From Candidatus Bathyarchaeota archaeon (GTDB taxonomy: Archaea; Thermoproteota; Bathyarchaeia; Bathyarchaeales; Bathycorpusculaceae), in contig CAVZPM010000036.1 in NCBI GenBank assembly GCA_963777155.1, forward strand, positions 1 to 64,000: a stretch of DNA of 64,000 nt, given 5' to 3'. Of the stretch, positions 19,230 to 28,348 are shown piece by piece. Both the position numbers and the translations under genes were made by a program. A model generated the notes under the pieces. The model searched no databases. It had not been told where the DNA came from and saw only the letters and a list, made by a program, of their open reading frames with translations. Positions within the stretch are counted from its first letter, which is position 1. The number at the start of each line of letters is the position of its first letter.

Positions 19230-19589
19230 CTAACTCGTTTTCTTGGCGAGGGTCGGTGCTTTCCGACGAGCGTCCCAAATGTGATGGAGCGCAAAAGTTG
19301 GATGATGTATAAGCATGCGTGGACCAGAATAACGCATTACAACTTTGACTTTTTCCTTCATGTCAGGTTTATAGCAGTGAATGACGCATTTACCACATGT
19401 GCTTTTTTTGTCTTGAAAGGGACATTTGTCTAGCCGCATGAAGGCGTATTCTTGGAATTGTCTGCATTCTGGGCATATTTCGCCTTTGGTTCCGTGGTGG
19501 TTTTTGCAATAGATTTCTACCATGTATCCGATTGTTTTCTTTTCACGTTTCATTCGTTTATGTTCAGGATTAGGTGGTTGCGGTTGCAT
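19230..19589 (-). CDS. YgbA-family Cys-rich protein
   Basis: REKKTI..MVEIYC..HH, RLDKCPF...KSTCGKC..HCY, VMRYSGPRM. Confidence 0.85.
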   Translation of the reverse strand: MQPQPPNPEHKRMKREKKTIGYMVEIYCKNHHGTKGEICPECRQFQEYAFMRLDKCPFQDKKSTCGKCVIHCYKPDMKEKVKVVMRYSGPRMLIHHPTFALHHIWDARRKAPTLAKKTS

Positions 19590-19675
19590 GAAATCCCAAG
19601 CTTACAGAATAAGTTAGGTGTTGGCGCAAATAAGACTTTACCCTAAAATGTTAGGGATTTTGAGAAGAAAGAGAC

Positions 19676-20152
19676 TCATGTTTTAGCGATGAGTTTTTTG
19701 CACCAGTCACCTATTTGTTTTTCAGATTCCTCTTTATTGCTCAACGGCTGAATCACCGAAAGCTCTCCAATGCATTCCGAGTTCAGCAACAACGCTTTGG
19801 CTTGTTTAAAACCAGTAATTTTTTTGCCTCCCTGACTAAAGAAAACGGCTACCTTTTTAGCTGAAAGATCATTTTTCCTTAGATAAGTAGTCAGGGCAGG
19901 AGCAGGTCTACCAGCCCAGATGGGACATCCAACAACTACAAGTTCGTAGCCAGCAGGAGACTTTATTGTTGGAGATATCTTGGTTTCTTTGCCTTGCCTA
20001 GCATCTTTACCGCCGCTCAAGTAACCAAATATGCCGCTTCGCTTTTTGAGGTCAACAACTTCCTCAAGGTCCGCACCTATTTCTGCTGCGATTGTTTCAG
20101 CAACAAATCGGGTGTTACCATCTCTTGTGTAATAAACAACTAAGCTCTTCAT
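19676..20152 (-). CDS. Flavodoxin-family protein
   Basis: VYYTRDGNTRFVA, VVGCPIWAG. Confidence 0.85.
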   Translation of the reverse strand: MKSLVVYYTRDGNTRFVAETIAAEIGADLEEVVDLKKRSGIFGYLSGGKDARQGKETKISPTIKSPAGYELVVVGCPIWAGRPAPALTTYLRKNDLSAKKVAVFFSQGGKKITGFKQAKALLLNSECIGELSVIQPLSNKEESEKQIGDWCKKLIAKT

Positions 20153-20259
20153 AAATAATCCCTGCAGTGTGTTGTATTCAATTGAGATGGCATATAAGAG
20201 TTACTTCAAAGTCAAAAATCAAAAATGAAAAGAGAGTTGCCCTGAGAAGAAGGGCTATT

Positions 20260-21714
20260 TTATCGACTAACTGAACTTACTAACTGTTTTTGCGAGTTGA
20301 AGACCTCAATGGTTAAGGGCATTTGGCCGATTGCGGCGTGTGTTGCACAACCAAAACATGGATCATACGCCCTGAAAGCCATTTCAACCTTATTTAGTAT
20401 GCCTTGGTCGACTTTTCCACCGTGGATTAAGCCTTTCGCTGCGTCACGTATACTCATACAGATGGCGGGGTAATTGTTAGTTGTTGCAACTATCAAGTTT
20501 ACGTCTTTGACCAATGCGTCCTTGTCCAGCGTGTAATGATGGATTAATGTGCCTCGTGCGGCTTCAACAACGCCAACTCCTTCACCTGGTTCACCTGGCT
20601 TGTTGCGGACATTGGTACTTGTGATTTCTGGGTCTTTGATAAGTTCCATCGCTCTTTCGGTGGCATAGAGCAGTTCGATAACTCTTGCCCAGTGGAAAGC
20701 GAGGGTACTGTGAACTGGTTTGCCGCCAAGCGTCTTGTACATTTCCTGGTATTCCGCCTGTGCAAGCGGAGTTGCCATTCCGTCAGAAGCATTTAGTCGT
20801 CCTAGTGGACCAACACGATAAACACCGCTGTCTGCGCCTGCAACTTGGCCTTTCCAGCCGACTGCTTTAAGGTATGGAAACTTGCTGTAGGTCCATTCTT
20901 CGACGTGTTCGCCTATGTGTTTGAGGTAGTCTTTTGATTCGAACTTGAGGAATTCTTTGCCTGCTGGATCGACAACTCGGATTTTGCCGTCGTAAAAGTT
21001 GACTTTGTTGTTTTTGTCTACTGTTCCCATGTAGTATGTTGGCATGGTGTATGCAGGGCTTTTTATCATGTCGACATATTTGGTGTTGCCCAAGACGATA
21101 TCATGGAATATTTTTATTGTAAACTGGGCAAAATTGAGACATGAAGAAGCCATAGTCTCGATTTCTTTTCTGTTCTCTTCGGTTAATGGTTTTGAGATTC
21201 CGCCTGGCAAACCGCAGACTGGGTGCGTTGCTTTGCCTCCGATGATTTCAGTGATTTTTTGGCCGTAAGCACGGTGTTTTATTACTTCAGCTGCAATTGG
21301 CATGCCGACTTTTTCGATGACGCCAAGGATGTTACGTTTTTCTGCTGGTGCGTCTGGACCAACGATGAAGTCGGGTCCGCCGAGATAGTAAAAGTGAAGT
21401 GTGTGGTCGTAAATGAAGTAAGCAGCGTACATGAGTTCACGAAGTTTCTTTGCAGGTTCGGTTGGTTCAACATTGAATGCTGCATCTAAAGCTTTTACTG
21501 CAGCAAAATGGTGAGCAACTGGGCAGACACCGCAGATTCTGGTGGTTAATTGTGGCATGAGTTCGGCTCTTCTGCCGATGCAGAATTTCTCGAAACCTCT
21601 CAGTTCGGGAATTTTAAGGTAAGCGTTTTCTACTTCGCCACTGTCGTTTAGGAATATGGATACGTTTCCGTGTCCTTCAAGGCGAGTGATTGGGTCTATA
21701 ATTATTTCTTTCAT
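20260..21714 (-). CDS. mvhA: Group 3c [NiFe] hydrogenase large subunit
   Basis: ITRLEGHG, RICGVCPVAH, EAARGTLIH, AYDPCFGCATH plus a cleavable C-terminal extension. Confidence 0.92.
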   Translation of the reverse strand: MKEIIIDPITRLEGHGNVSIFLNDSGEVENAYLKIPELRGFEKFCIGRRAELMPQLTTRICGVCPVAHHFAAVKALDAAFNVEPTEPAKKLRELMYAAYFIYDHTLHFYYLGGPDFIVGPDAPAEKRNILGVIEKVGMPIAAEVIKHRAYGQKITEIIGGKATHPVCGLPGGISKPLTEENRKEIETMASSCLNFAQFTIKIFHDIVLGNTKYVDMIKSPAYTMPTYYMGTVDKNNKVNFYDGKIRVVDPAGKEFLKFESKDYLKHIGEHVEEWTYSKFPYLKAVGWKGQVAGADSGVYRVGPLGRLNASDGMATPLAQAEYQEMYKTLGGKPVHSTLAFHWARVIELLYATERAMELIKDPEITSTNVRNKPGEPGEGVGVVEAARGTLIHHYTLDKDALVKDVNLIVATTNNYPAICMSIRDAAKGLIHGGKVDQGILNKVEMAFRAYDPCFGCATHAAIGQMPLTIEVFNSQKQLVSSVSR

Positions 21715-22700
21715 TTTTTAATCACCTTTCTCTTTAAGATGGAATTTGGTAGACTGTACATGTATACTGTGCCGACTGGGTCTTTGATTTGGTTCATTAA
21801 TTCTTCAATTTCTTTTTCAGTATACTTTGTTTTTCCTTCTACACCGTCGTAGCCGAGAATTGATGCTAAGGCAGTTATCATGGCTGCTCCTTGTTCGGGA
21901 ACGTTGGGGGCTGGTCCGCCGCAGCCTGTGCATGGCATGTCAACTTTTAAGCATTGGGCACCACAACCGCTTCTGGTTGCCATTCCCATACAAAGTATAC
22001 CTTGTTCCATGAGGCATTTCTCTGGTTCAGGCGCTTTTTCGTAGACACGGTAGATTTTGTCGATTTTCTTGTTTTCACGTTTTCTGGGGCACTCATCGCA
22101 GACTGCTTTGAGTGGAGCGAGCACTGAACCTTTTGGTGGCAATTTGTTGCTTGCGATTGCGTCAACTGCTGCCGCGATTAGTTTAACTGGAGGTGGGCAC
22201 CCTGGAAGGAAATAGTCAACATCGACTGTTTGAGCTAGGGTTTTTACGGTGTCATAGAACTCTGGGATTTTCAGTGTGCCTTCCTTAACTTGGGTTTGGG
22301 TTTTAGGTGTTACTGCTTTGGGGTTAACGTTTGATTTGTCTTTTATGTAAACTTGATCAAAAATTTCTTTTTTGTCGTTGAGGTTTGCTAAGCCTGGAAC
22401 ACAGCCTTCGTGGGCGCATGAGCCAAACGCAACCAGGGTTTTGGATTTTGCTCGCAGGACTTTTGCCATATGTTCTTGCTCTGAGTTGCGTATGGAGCCG
22501 TTGAAGAAGGTTATGTCTATATGTTTGTCTGGTAAAGCTTCAACGTCTTTATATTTTACGTCGATGGCTACTGGCCAGAAAACTATGTCGGCGAGTTTTA
22601 CTACGTCTAGGATTTTCTCGTTTAAGTCTAAGACGGCAATTTCGCAGCCGCCGCAGCTTGCAGCCCAGTAGAAGGCTATTTTTAGTTTGTTTTGGCTCAT
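21711..22700 (-). CDS. mvhG: Group 3c [NiFe] hydrogenase small subunit
   Basis: WAASCGGCE, FGSCA, PGCPP, VCDEC, CMG.AT..GCGAQC, PCTGCGG. Confidence 0.92.
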   Translation of the reverse strand: MSQNKLKIAFYWAASCGGCEIAVLDLNEKILDVVKLADIVFWPVAIDVKYKDVEALPDKHIDITFFNGSIRNSEQEHMAKVLRAKSKTLVAFGSCAHEGCVPGLANLNDKKEIFDQVYIKDKSNVNPKAVTPKTQTQVKEGTLKIPEFYDTVKTLAQTVDVDYFLPGCPPPVKLIAAAVDAIASNKLPPKGSVLAPLKAVCDECPRKRENKKIDKIYRVYEKAPEPEKCLMEQGILCMGMATRSGCGAQCLKVDMPCTGCGGPAPNVPEQGAAMITALASILGYDGVEGKTKYTEKEIEELMNQIKDPVGTVYMYSLPNSILKRKVIKK

Positions 22701-23590
22701 GGTTTGTTTGCTCCTTGATTTACTTGTTTTAGTAGGTTTGATGCGTTTACTCGAAGTTCGCTGAAGGCTAACTCTTCAGGACATATACCCATAGCTAACC
22801 CCAGTAGTTGCGGGTAGTGAAGTATTGGGATTCCATAGGTTTCATTAAATAGTTTCTCTATGCGTAACTCGTTTGTATCGTACATTATATGGCAAAAAGG
22901 ACAAATCGTGATTAATGCCTGTGCCTCAACCTGTTTTATGTGGCTAAGCTTGTCTTTTGCCAATGCCAACGCCACTTTGTCACTTACGCCAACGCTAGGT
23001 GCTCCACAACATTCTGTTTCGTCTATGTAGTCTAGGCAGGTGGCTCCTGTTGCTTCGATGAGCATTTTGAGCGTTTGCGGATCTTCTGGGTCGTCAAAGC
23101 CTATGTATTCTTTTGGTCGTAGAATGTGGCAGCCGTTGTGTTCAGCGACCTTAAGGTTTGTTAGCGGCTTAATTACTGACGCTTTTATTTTTTCCACGCC
23201 AACATCTTCCTTAAGCAATTGTAGCAGATGTTTGGTTTCGATGGTTCCCTTGAATTCTAATCCTGCTTCTTTGAGGTGAGCGTTGATTTCTTCTCTTTGG
23301 ACTTTATCGGCTTTGAGGATTTTATTTACTTTCTTTAGGGTGCCAGCGCAGCCTGGACAAAGCGTTAGGATGTTTAACCCCTGTTGCTCTGCTAACGCCA
23401 AGTTTTTCGCTGCCAAAATAAGCATAGTTTCGTGACTAACCGGATCTAACGGCAACCCGCAACAGTTGAATTCAGGCATTTCAACCAGTTCAACGCCAAG
23501 TTTAGCGAGGACTTTACGCGCTGAAATTTCGTACCCGGAAACTCGGTAGGGAATTGCACAGCCTAAGAATATCAGGTATTTATTGCCCAC
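22697..23590 (-). CDS. hdrB: Heterodisulfide reductase subunit B
   Basis: FLGC, two CCG domains (NCCG...CPGC; ECCG...CPFC), HNGCH. Confidence 0.92.
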   Translation of the reverse strand: MGNKYLIFLGCAIPYRVSGYEISARKVLAKLGVELVEMPEFNCCGLPLDPVSHETMLILAAKNLALAEQQGLNILTLCPGCAGTLKKVNKILKADKVQREEINAHLKEAGLEFKGTIETKHLLQLLKEDVGVEKIKASVIKPLTNLKVAEHNGCHILRPKEYIGFDDPEDPQTLKMLIEATGATCLDYIDETECCGAPSVGVSDKVALALAKDKLSHIKQVEAQALITICPFCHIMYDTNELRIEKLFNETYGIPILHYPQLLGLAMGICPEELAFSELRVNASNLLKQVNQGANKP

Positions 23591-24143
23591 TTGGTTGTTC
23601 TCCCTGGGGTTTTTGGATTTTTTCGATGAATTTTACGCCTTTGAGGGTTTTTTTGACATTCTCAGGGTTACCTTTTGGCAGGGGTGGGAGCCCTTGAGAT
23701 TCACGTTTCTTTATCCTTAACTCTGGAATCTTGTAAGCGTAACCTGATTCAAGAAGGCTTGAGGCTTGGTCTTTGAAAACTTGTGGGAAGCAGCCTTTTT
23801 CTGCGGCTAAATTGCGGAAAACTCGTATGACAGCTGCTACTTCAACGTCTTGTGGACAGCGGTCGGTGCATGTGAAGCATGCTGCACAAAGCCAGAGTGT
23901 GTCGCTTTTTAGTACTCGGTCTTTTAAGCCGAGTTGAGCCATGTGTATAAGAGTTCGTGGGCGGTAACTGTCGCTGTATCTTGCAACTGGGCAATCTGAA
24001 GTGCATGTTCCGCACTGGAAACATTTCAGGATCTTTTCGCTTCCATGAATCTTTTGAAGTTCATACTTGAATTTAGGGTCAAGTTCGGAAGCTTTTATTG
24101 GCTGTTCCCTGTTTTGGCTTGGGGTTGATGCTGCCTCAGTCAT
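23580..24143 (-). CDS. hdrC: Heterodisulfide reductase subunit C
   Basis: CFQCGTCTSDCP, WLCAACFTCTDRCPQ. Confidence 0.92.
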   Translation of the reverse strand: MTEAASTPSQNREQPIKASELDPKFKYELQKIHGSEKILKCFQCGTCTSDCPVARYSDSYRPRTLIHMAQLGLKDRVLKSDTLWLCAACFTCTDRCPQDVEVAAVIRVFRNLAAEKGCFPQVFKDQASSLLESGYAYKIPELRIKKRESQGLPPLPKGNPENVKKTLKGVKFIEKIQKPQGEQPSGQ

Positions 24144-24470
24144 AAATTCTAACCTTGACAGTTAATTTCAGGCACTTCAGGTGCTTTTACTCAAGAAAGT
24201 CAATGTCCAATAGATAAAGTTTCAGCCAAACCATCATTATTTCTTCCCTGTTTCTATTCGGGAAACAAAGGTTCAGTATAGACCCACAATGCTTTTATTC
24301 TATAGACCCTTTCGAAAGCGTAGAAGAACAAAAACAGCCTTTTTCAGGAATCAGACAGTTGTTGTTCTTTCAAAACATTGTCGCATATTGATTTTGCCAG
24401 CGTGATTGTCGATGCTCCAGAAGGTTACTTTCCAATGCCCATATTCTTCTTTGACGATGCAACCTAAAGC

Positions 24471-24528
24471 TTAGTCAAGAAACCTTGACTAAAATAACCT
24501 CTTGTTAGTAAAGAAACCTTGACAACAA
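24471..24528. promoter_or_regulatory. Tandem palindromic operator sites
   Basis: TTAGTCAAG-AAAC-CTTGACTAA (24471..24492) and TTAGTAAAG-AAAC-CTTGACAAC 34 bp later, just before a TTTTAA box. Confidence 0.6.
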
Positions 24529-24571
24529 ATCTTTTAACTGCAAAGTAAGCCCAGATAAAATGGTGAAGTAA

Positions 24572-24763
24572 ATGCATAAAATTGGTGCTCTACTAATCTT
24601 CTCCGTTTTAGCTGAAATTCCTATTATGCATGTTTTGCATGCAAGGATGACAACACTTCCATCGCCGCTTCTAGTCGTCGTTGCAATATTGGCTTTGGTC
24701 GCGGTTTTTGGGGCAATTATCTCGTTGCTGCTTAGAAGAAGGGGAAGAAATAATGGTAGTTAG
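24572..24763 (+). CDS. Small membrane protein
   Basis: GGTGA before ATG; hydrophobic helix plus RRRGR tail. Confidence 0.55.
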   Translation: MHKIGALLIFSVLAEIPIMHVLHARMTTLPSPLLVVVAILALVAVFGAIISLLLRRRGRNNGS

Positions 24764-24770
24764 GGGAAAG

Positions 24771-25055
24771 TTATTCTCTGCATTGCCGGAGACTACGAAG
24801 CTCTTCAAATTTCTTGTTTAACATAACTTTATCTGGCGCTACGGAATCAACAGTTGAGACTGGCAAGCAAACAGTTACTTTTCCAAGGTAAGGATGCTTA
24901 AAACCCATTTTATTCGAGGCTTCGTCAGATAAAGCCACAAATAAATTGATTATTTGCCAGTTACTTGTATCGAGTTCTGCACTCTCTACTTCACCGAGCA
25001 CAAAATTATCAAAGGTTACAGCTTTTTTCCAAAATAGTCTTGTAATTTCAACCAT
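24771..25055 (-). CDS. PRC-barrel domain protein
   Basis: LFWKKAVTFDNFVLGEV..AELD..NWQI..L.V...LPVSTV..V.DKVML. Confidence 0.75.
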   Translation of the reverse strand: MVEITRLFWKKAVTFDNFVLGEVESAELDTSNWQIINLFVALSDEASNKMGFKHPYLGKVTVCLPVSTVDSVAPDKVMLNKKFEELRSLRQCRE

Positions 25056-25157
25056 TAAAAAACCTTCAAATAGTAATATCAAGCGCTTATTTATATCTGT
25101 TTTTTTGGAGGCAACGTCAAGAGAAGTCTTTTTACCTTCCAAGACGCATTAGTTAAC

Positions 25158-25559
25158 TTGGTGTTTTACTTGTCAACTTCTAAAAACCAAACTAACCTCA
25201 AACCACTTACTACTGAAGAAGAACAAGTCATAGTGCACAAAGGAACCGAAATGCCCTTCACGGGCAAATACTACGCTTTCTGGGAAAAGGGCACCTATGT
25301 ATGCAAACGCTGCGGCGCAAAACTCTACCGTTCCGAGAACAAGTTTGAAGCAAACTGCGGCTGGCCAAGCTTCGACGACGAAATCCCAGGTGCTGTAAAA
25401 AGGCTACCTGATCCTGATGGCATACGAACGGAGATTCAATGCGTCAATTGCGGCGCCCACCTTGGACACGTCTTTACTGGCGAGCATTTCACAAAAAAGG
25501 ACACAAGACACTGCGTTAACTCGATGTCAATGGAGTTTATTCCAGACAAAACATTGTAG
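25158..25559 (+). CDS. msrB: Peptide-methionine (R)-S-oxide reductase
   Basis: GTE.PFTG, CKRC, GWPSF, RTEI.C..C, HLGHVF, RHCVNS. Confidence 0.95.
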   Translation: MVFYLSTSKNQTNLKPLTTEEEQVIVHKGTEMPFTGKYYAFWEKGTYVCKRCGAKLYRSENKFEANCGWPSFDDEIPGAVKRLPDPDGIRTEIQCVNCGAHLGHVFTGEHFTKKDTRHCVNSMSMEFIPDKTL

Positions 25560-25619
25560 GTAGACGCGAAAGAGTTATAGACGACTTAAGGCAAGTGGCA
25601 GTTAGCAGGCGGTTCGACT

Positions 25620-26402
25620 TTGGCTGATATCTTCGGAGCACAAATTCCACTTTCAACCATATTTGACATAGTGATAATTGCAATAATCGCTGTTACACTG
25701 GAAAGACTAATCAGCCGCTACCTAACAAGGTTTGCAAAACGCATCAAACTTGAACCCAGCGCCAGCAACAACCTTGTCTTAACGTTCCGAATCCTAATTC
25801 TAATTTTTGCTGTACTAGCTATAAGCAGTTTAGGCGGAGTTCAAGCAGAATGGCTCTTGTCCGTGTCAGCAATAGGCGGCGCCGCGTTGGGTTTTGCCTC
25901 ACAAAAAACCATCGGCAACTTCTTAGCCGGACTTTTTCTTTTAGCAGCTAAACCCTTCAAAGTCGGCGATTACGTTAAAATCGGCACGGTTGAAGGCATA
26001 GTTCAAGAAATTACCATAAACTACGCTAAAATCTTAACTTCAGGAAACAATACAGTTTCAGTTAGCAACCTGCAAATTCTAGACAGAGACATAACCAATT
26101 ACCTCTTTGAGAGCACAAAAAACCGCAATCTCTACTGCTACACGTTTGAAGTTGGCTTTGACCATAGCATTCCATCAGAAAAAATAAATCAGTTGTTCAA
26201 CCAAATTTTTGATAGTTACTCACAGATCCTGCCTAGAAGACCAAGCTGCACGCTTATTCGCTCAGGCGCCTTTGACAGGTTTTTTTTGGTTTATCTTTAC
26301 GTTGACAAACCTCAAGATATCTTTGTATTGAGACCAAAAATTGCTGATGAAGTCTTCCAGCGTTGGGACGAGGAAAGAGCTAAGCTTAACAAAAAACCAT
26401 AA
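25620..26402 (+). CDS. MscS-family mechanosensitive channel
   Basis: ALGFASQKTIGNFLAG...KPFKVGDYV..G.VEGIV. Confidence 0.88.
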   Translation: MADIFGAQIPLSTIFDIVIIAIIAVTLERLISRYLTRFAKRIKLEPSASNNLVLTFRILILIFAVLAISSLGGVQAEWLLSVSAIGGAALGFASQKTIGNFLAGLFLLAAKPFKVGDYVKIGTVEGIVQEITINYAKILTSGNNTVSVSNLQILDRDITNYLFESTKNRNLYCYTFEVGFDHSIPSEKINQLFNQIFDSYSQILPRRPSCTLIRSGAFDRFFLVYLYVDKPQDIFVLRPKIADEVFQRWDEERAKLNKKP

Positions 26403-26423
26403 ACCATCCAACCATTATGTGTT

Positions 26424-26762
26424 ATGATTATGCCAGACAAAAAAGAAAAACTCGTTGCTAAAGCCTCAATCCTTCAAGAGCTAATTGATTACCAGGAAGG
26501 CTCAGTTGTTAGCCGCACAATAATCGACAAGAAAACAGGATCGGTGACGCTATTTGCTTTTGACAAAGACCAAGGCTTAAGCGAGCACACGGCACCTTAT
26601 GATGCGATGGTTTATGTTGTGGAAGGCGAAGTCCAAGTTACCATAGCGGGCAAACCCATAAGTCTAAAGCAGGGCGAAGTCACCATCATGCCGGCAAACC
26701 AACCGCATGCCCTCACAGCAAAGTCAAGGTTCAAGATGCTTCTGACAATGATAAAATCCTAA
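26424..26762 (+). CDS. Cupin domain protein
   Basis: TLFAFD..QGLSEHTAP, MPANQPHAL. Confidence 0.88.
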   Translation: MIMPDKKEKLVAKASILQELIDYQEGSVVSRTIIDKKTGSVTLFAFDKDQGLSEHTAPYDAMVYVVEGEVQVTIAGKPISLKQGEVTIMPANQPHALTAKSRFKMLLTMIKS

Positions 26763-27370
26763 AGCTTCAATCCCCACATATCCCTAAAACAATATTCCTC
26801 AAGAGGTTTTTTCGATGGCACTGAAGGCGTTTCTCCTGAGTAACCCATTATTACGAAGGCTTCAGGCTCCACTGCCTCTGGAATCCCCAAAACTTTTCGT
26901 ACAGTTTCTTTACAGAAGCCAGGCGCGCAAAACCAACAAGCCCCCAAACCCAAAGAATGAGCAGTCAAAAGTAGGTTCTGCATTGCAGCACCTAAACTCT
27001 GTTGAGCCAAGTCACGTTCCAACATCTGCCGTTTCTGATCTGGGAACTTTCTTAGCCCATTCATTGAAATGCATGCGAGAATAAGAGCTGGTGCATTAGC
27101 GAAGCGGTCGACTCGTTCTTGTCTCATTTTAACCTCAACTTTTACCCCATCTTTTTCGGCGTCGGCAACCCACGCATCTGCCATAACCTCCGCCAACTCT
27201 CGCTTGACTGAAGGATTCTCCAAAATGATGAAGCTCCAGGGCTGAGAATTATGAGCTGAAGGCGCCAAGCCAGCAGCCACCAAAACCGCAAGGACAGCTT
27301 CTCTATGTACTGCCTGGGGCAGGTATTTTCTTACGCTTCGACGTTTTTTGATGATATCGTTAAGCGACAT
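26759..27370 (-). CDS. Nitroreductase-family protein (resembles FbiB C-terminal domain)
   Basis: RRSVRKY, APSAHNSQPW, GAAMQNLLL.AH..GLGACW. Confidence 0.88.
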   Translation of the reverse strand: MSLNDIIKKRRSVRKYLPQAVHREAVLAVLVAAGLAPSAHNSQPWSFIILENPSVKRELAEVMADAWVADAEKDGVKVEVKMRQERVDRFANAPALILACISMNGLRKFPDQKRQMLERDLAQQSLGAAMQNLLLTAHSLGLGACWFCAPGFCKETVRKVLGIPEAVEPEAFVIMGYSGETPSVPSKKPLEEYCFRDMWGLKL

Positions 27371-28348
27371 GGTCTCTTTTATGTTAGTTTAAGTTTTTAT
27401 CTCTATATTCTATCTATCGATTGGTTGGATGTCCGCTTGGGTAAATTGCCAAGCTATAGCTTCCAAGAATGTTCAAACAATCTTTCTGAAACCCTAAAAC
27501 CGACCGCTATTTACCGATCCTTCTTTGTTAATCTAGGAGAAGATACTGATGATGGTGATGATGATACACCTGCATTTTGCACAACAGTGTTATCTTTCAG
27601 AAGTAAACCCGAAGTATACAGTTTAGCCCTAACAGAAATATGATTAATTCCTATTTGGTTCTAGAATTACCTTGAGTGACGCGCCTGCTTCAGCCATTAG
27701 TCGGAAACCTTCCTGCGCTTCACGAAGACTATCGTTCTTGTCTCATTTTAACCTCAACTTTTACTCCATCTTTTTCGGCGTCGGCAACCCACGCATCTGC
27801 CATCACCTTCGCTAACTCTCGCTTGACTGAAGGATTCTCCAAAATGATGAAGCTCCATGGCTGAGAATTATGAGCTGAAGGCGCCAAGCCAGCAGCCACC
27901 AAAACCGCAAGGACCGCTTCTCTAGGTACTGCCTGGGGTAGGTATTTTCTTACGCTTCGACGTTTTTTGATGATATCGTTAAGCGACATGGTCTCTTTAT
28001 GTTAGTTCAAGTTTTTATCTCTATATTCTATCTAGCGATTGATTAGATGCCAGCTTGGTCAAATTGCCAAGCTATAGCTTCCAAGAATGTTCAAACAATC
28101 TTTCTGAAACCCTAAAACCGACCGCTATTTACCGATCCTTCTTTATTAATCTAGGAGAAGATACTGATGATGGTGATGATGATGCACCTGCATTTTGCAC
28201 AACAGTGTTATCTTTCAGAAGTAAACCTGAAGTATACAGTTTAGCCCTAACAGAAATATGATTAATTCCTATTTGGTTCTAGAATGACCTTGAGTGACGC
28301 GCCTGCTTCAGCCATTAGTCGGAAACCTTCCTGCGCTTCACGTAGACT
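27113..28348. repeat. Diverged direct tandem duplication, ~618 bp unit (27113..27730 / 27732..28348)
   Basis: Each unit holds the nitroreductase 5' part, the intergenic region and the dehydrogenase 3' end; GACT microhomology at the junction. Confidence 0.92.
27729..27989 (-). pseudogene. Truncated duplicate of the nitroreductase 5' end
   Basis: 86 aa, near-identical to the N-terminus of 26759..27370; ends at the duplication junction. Confidence 0.85.

Noticed and set aside
20300-20370. Selenocysteine or a separate VhuU-type peptide in the hydrogenase
   Set aside because: The C-terminal DPCFGC motif uses ordinary Cys codons within MvhA.
24348-24470. Minus-strand frame LGCIVKEEYGHWKV...NH, faintly like the 33244..33402 microprotein
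   Set aside because: No start codon after the upstream stop; the similarity is too weak.
28173-28230. Possible C/D box sRNA (GTGATGA...CTGA)
   Set aside because: No convincing D'/C' boxes, and the other copy has CCGA at the D position.
27113-28348. IS/MITE or CRISPR explanation for the repeat
   Set aside because: No terminal inverted repeats, target-site duplication, transposase or repeat-spacer periodicity.
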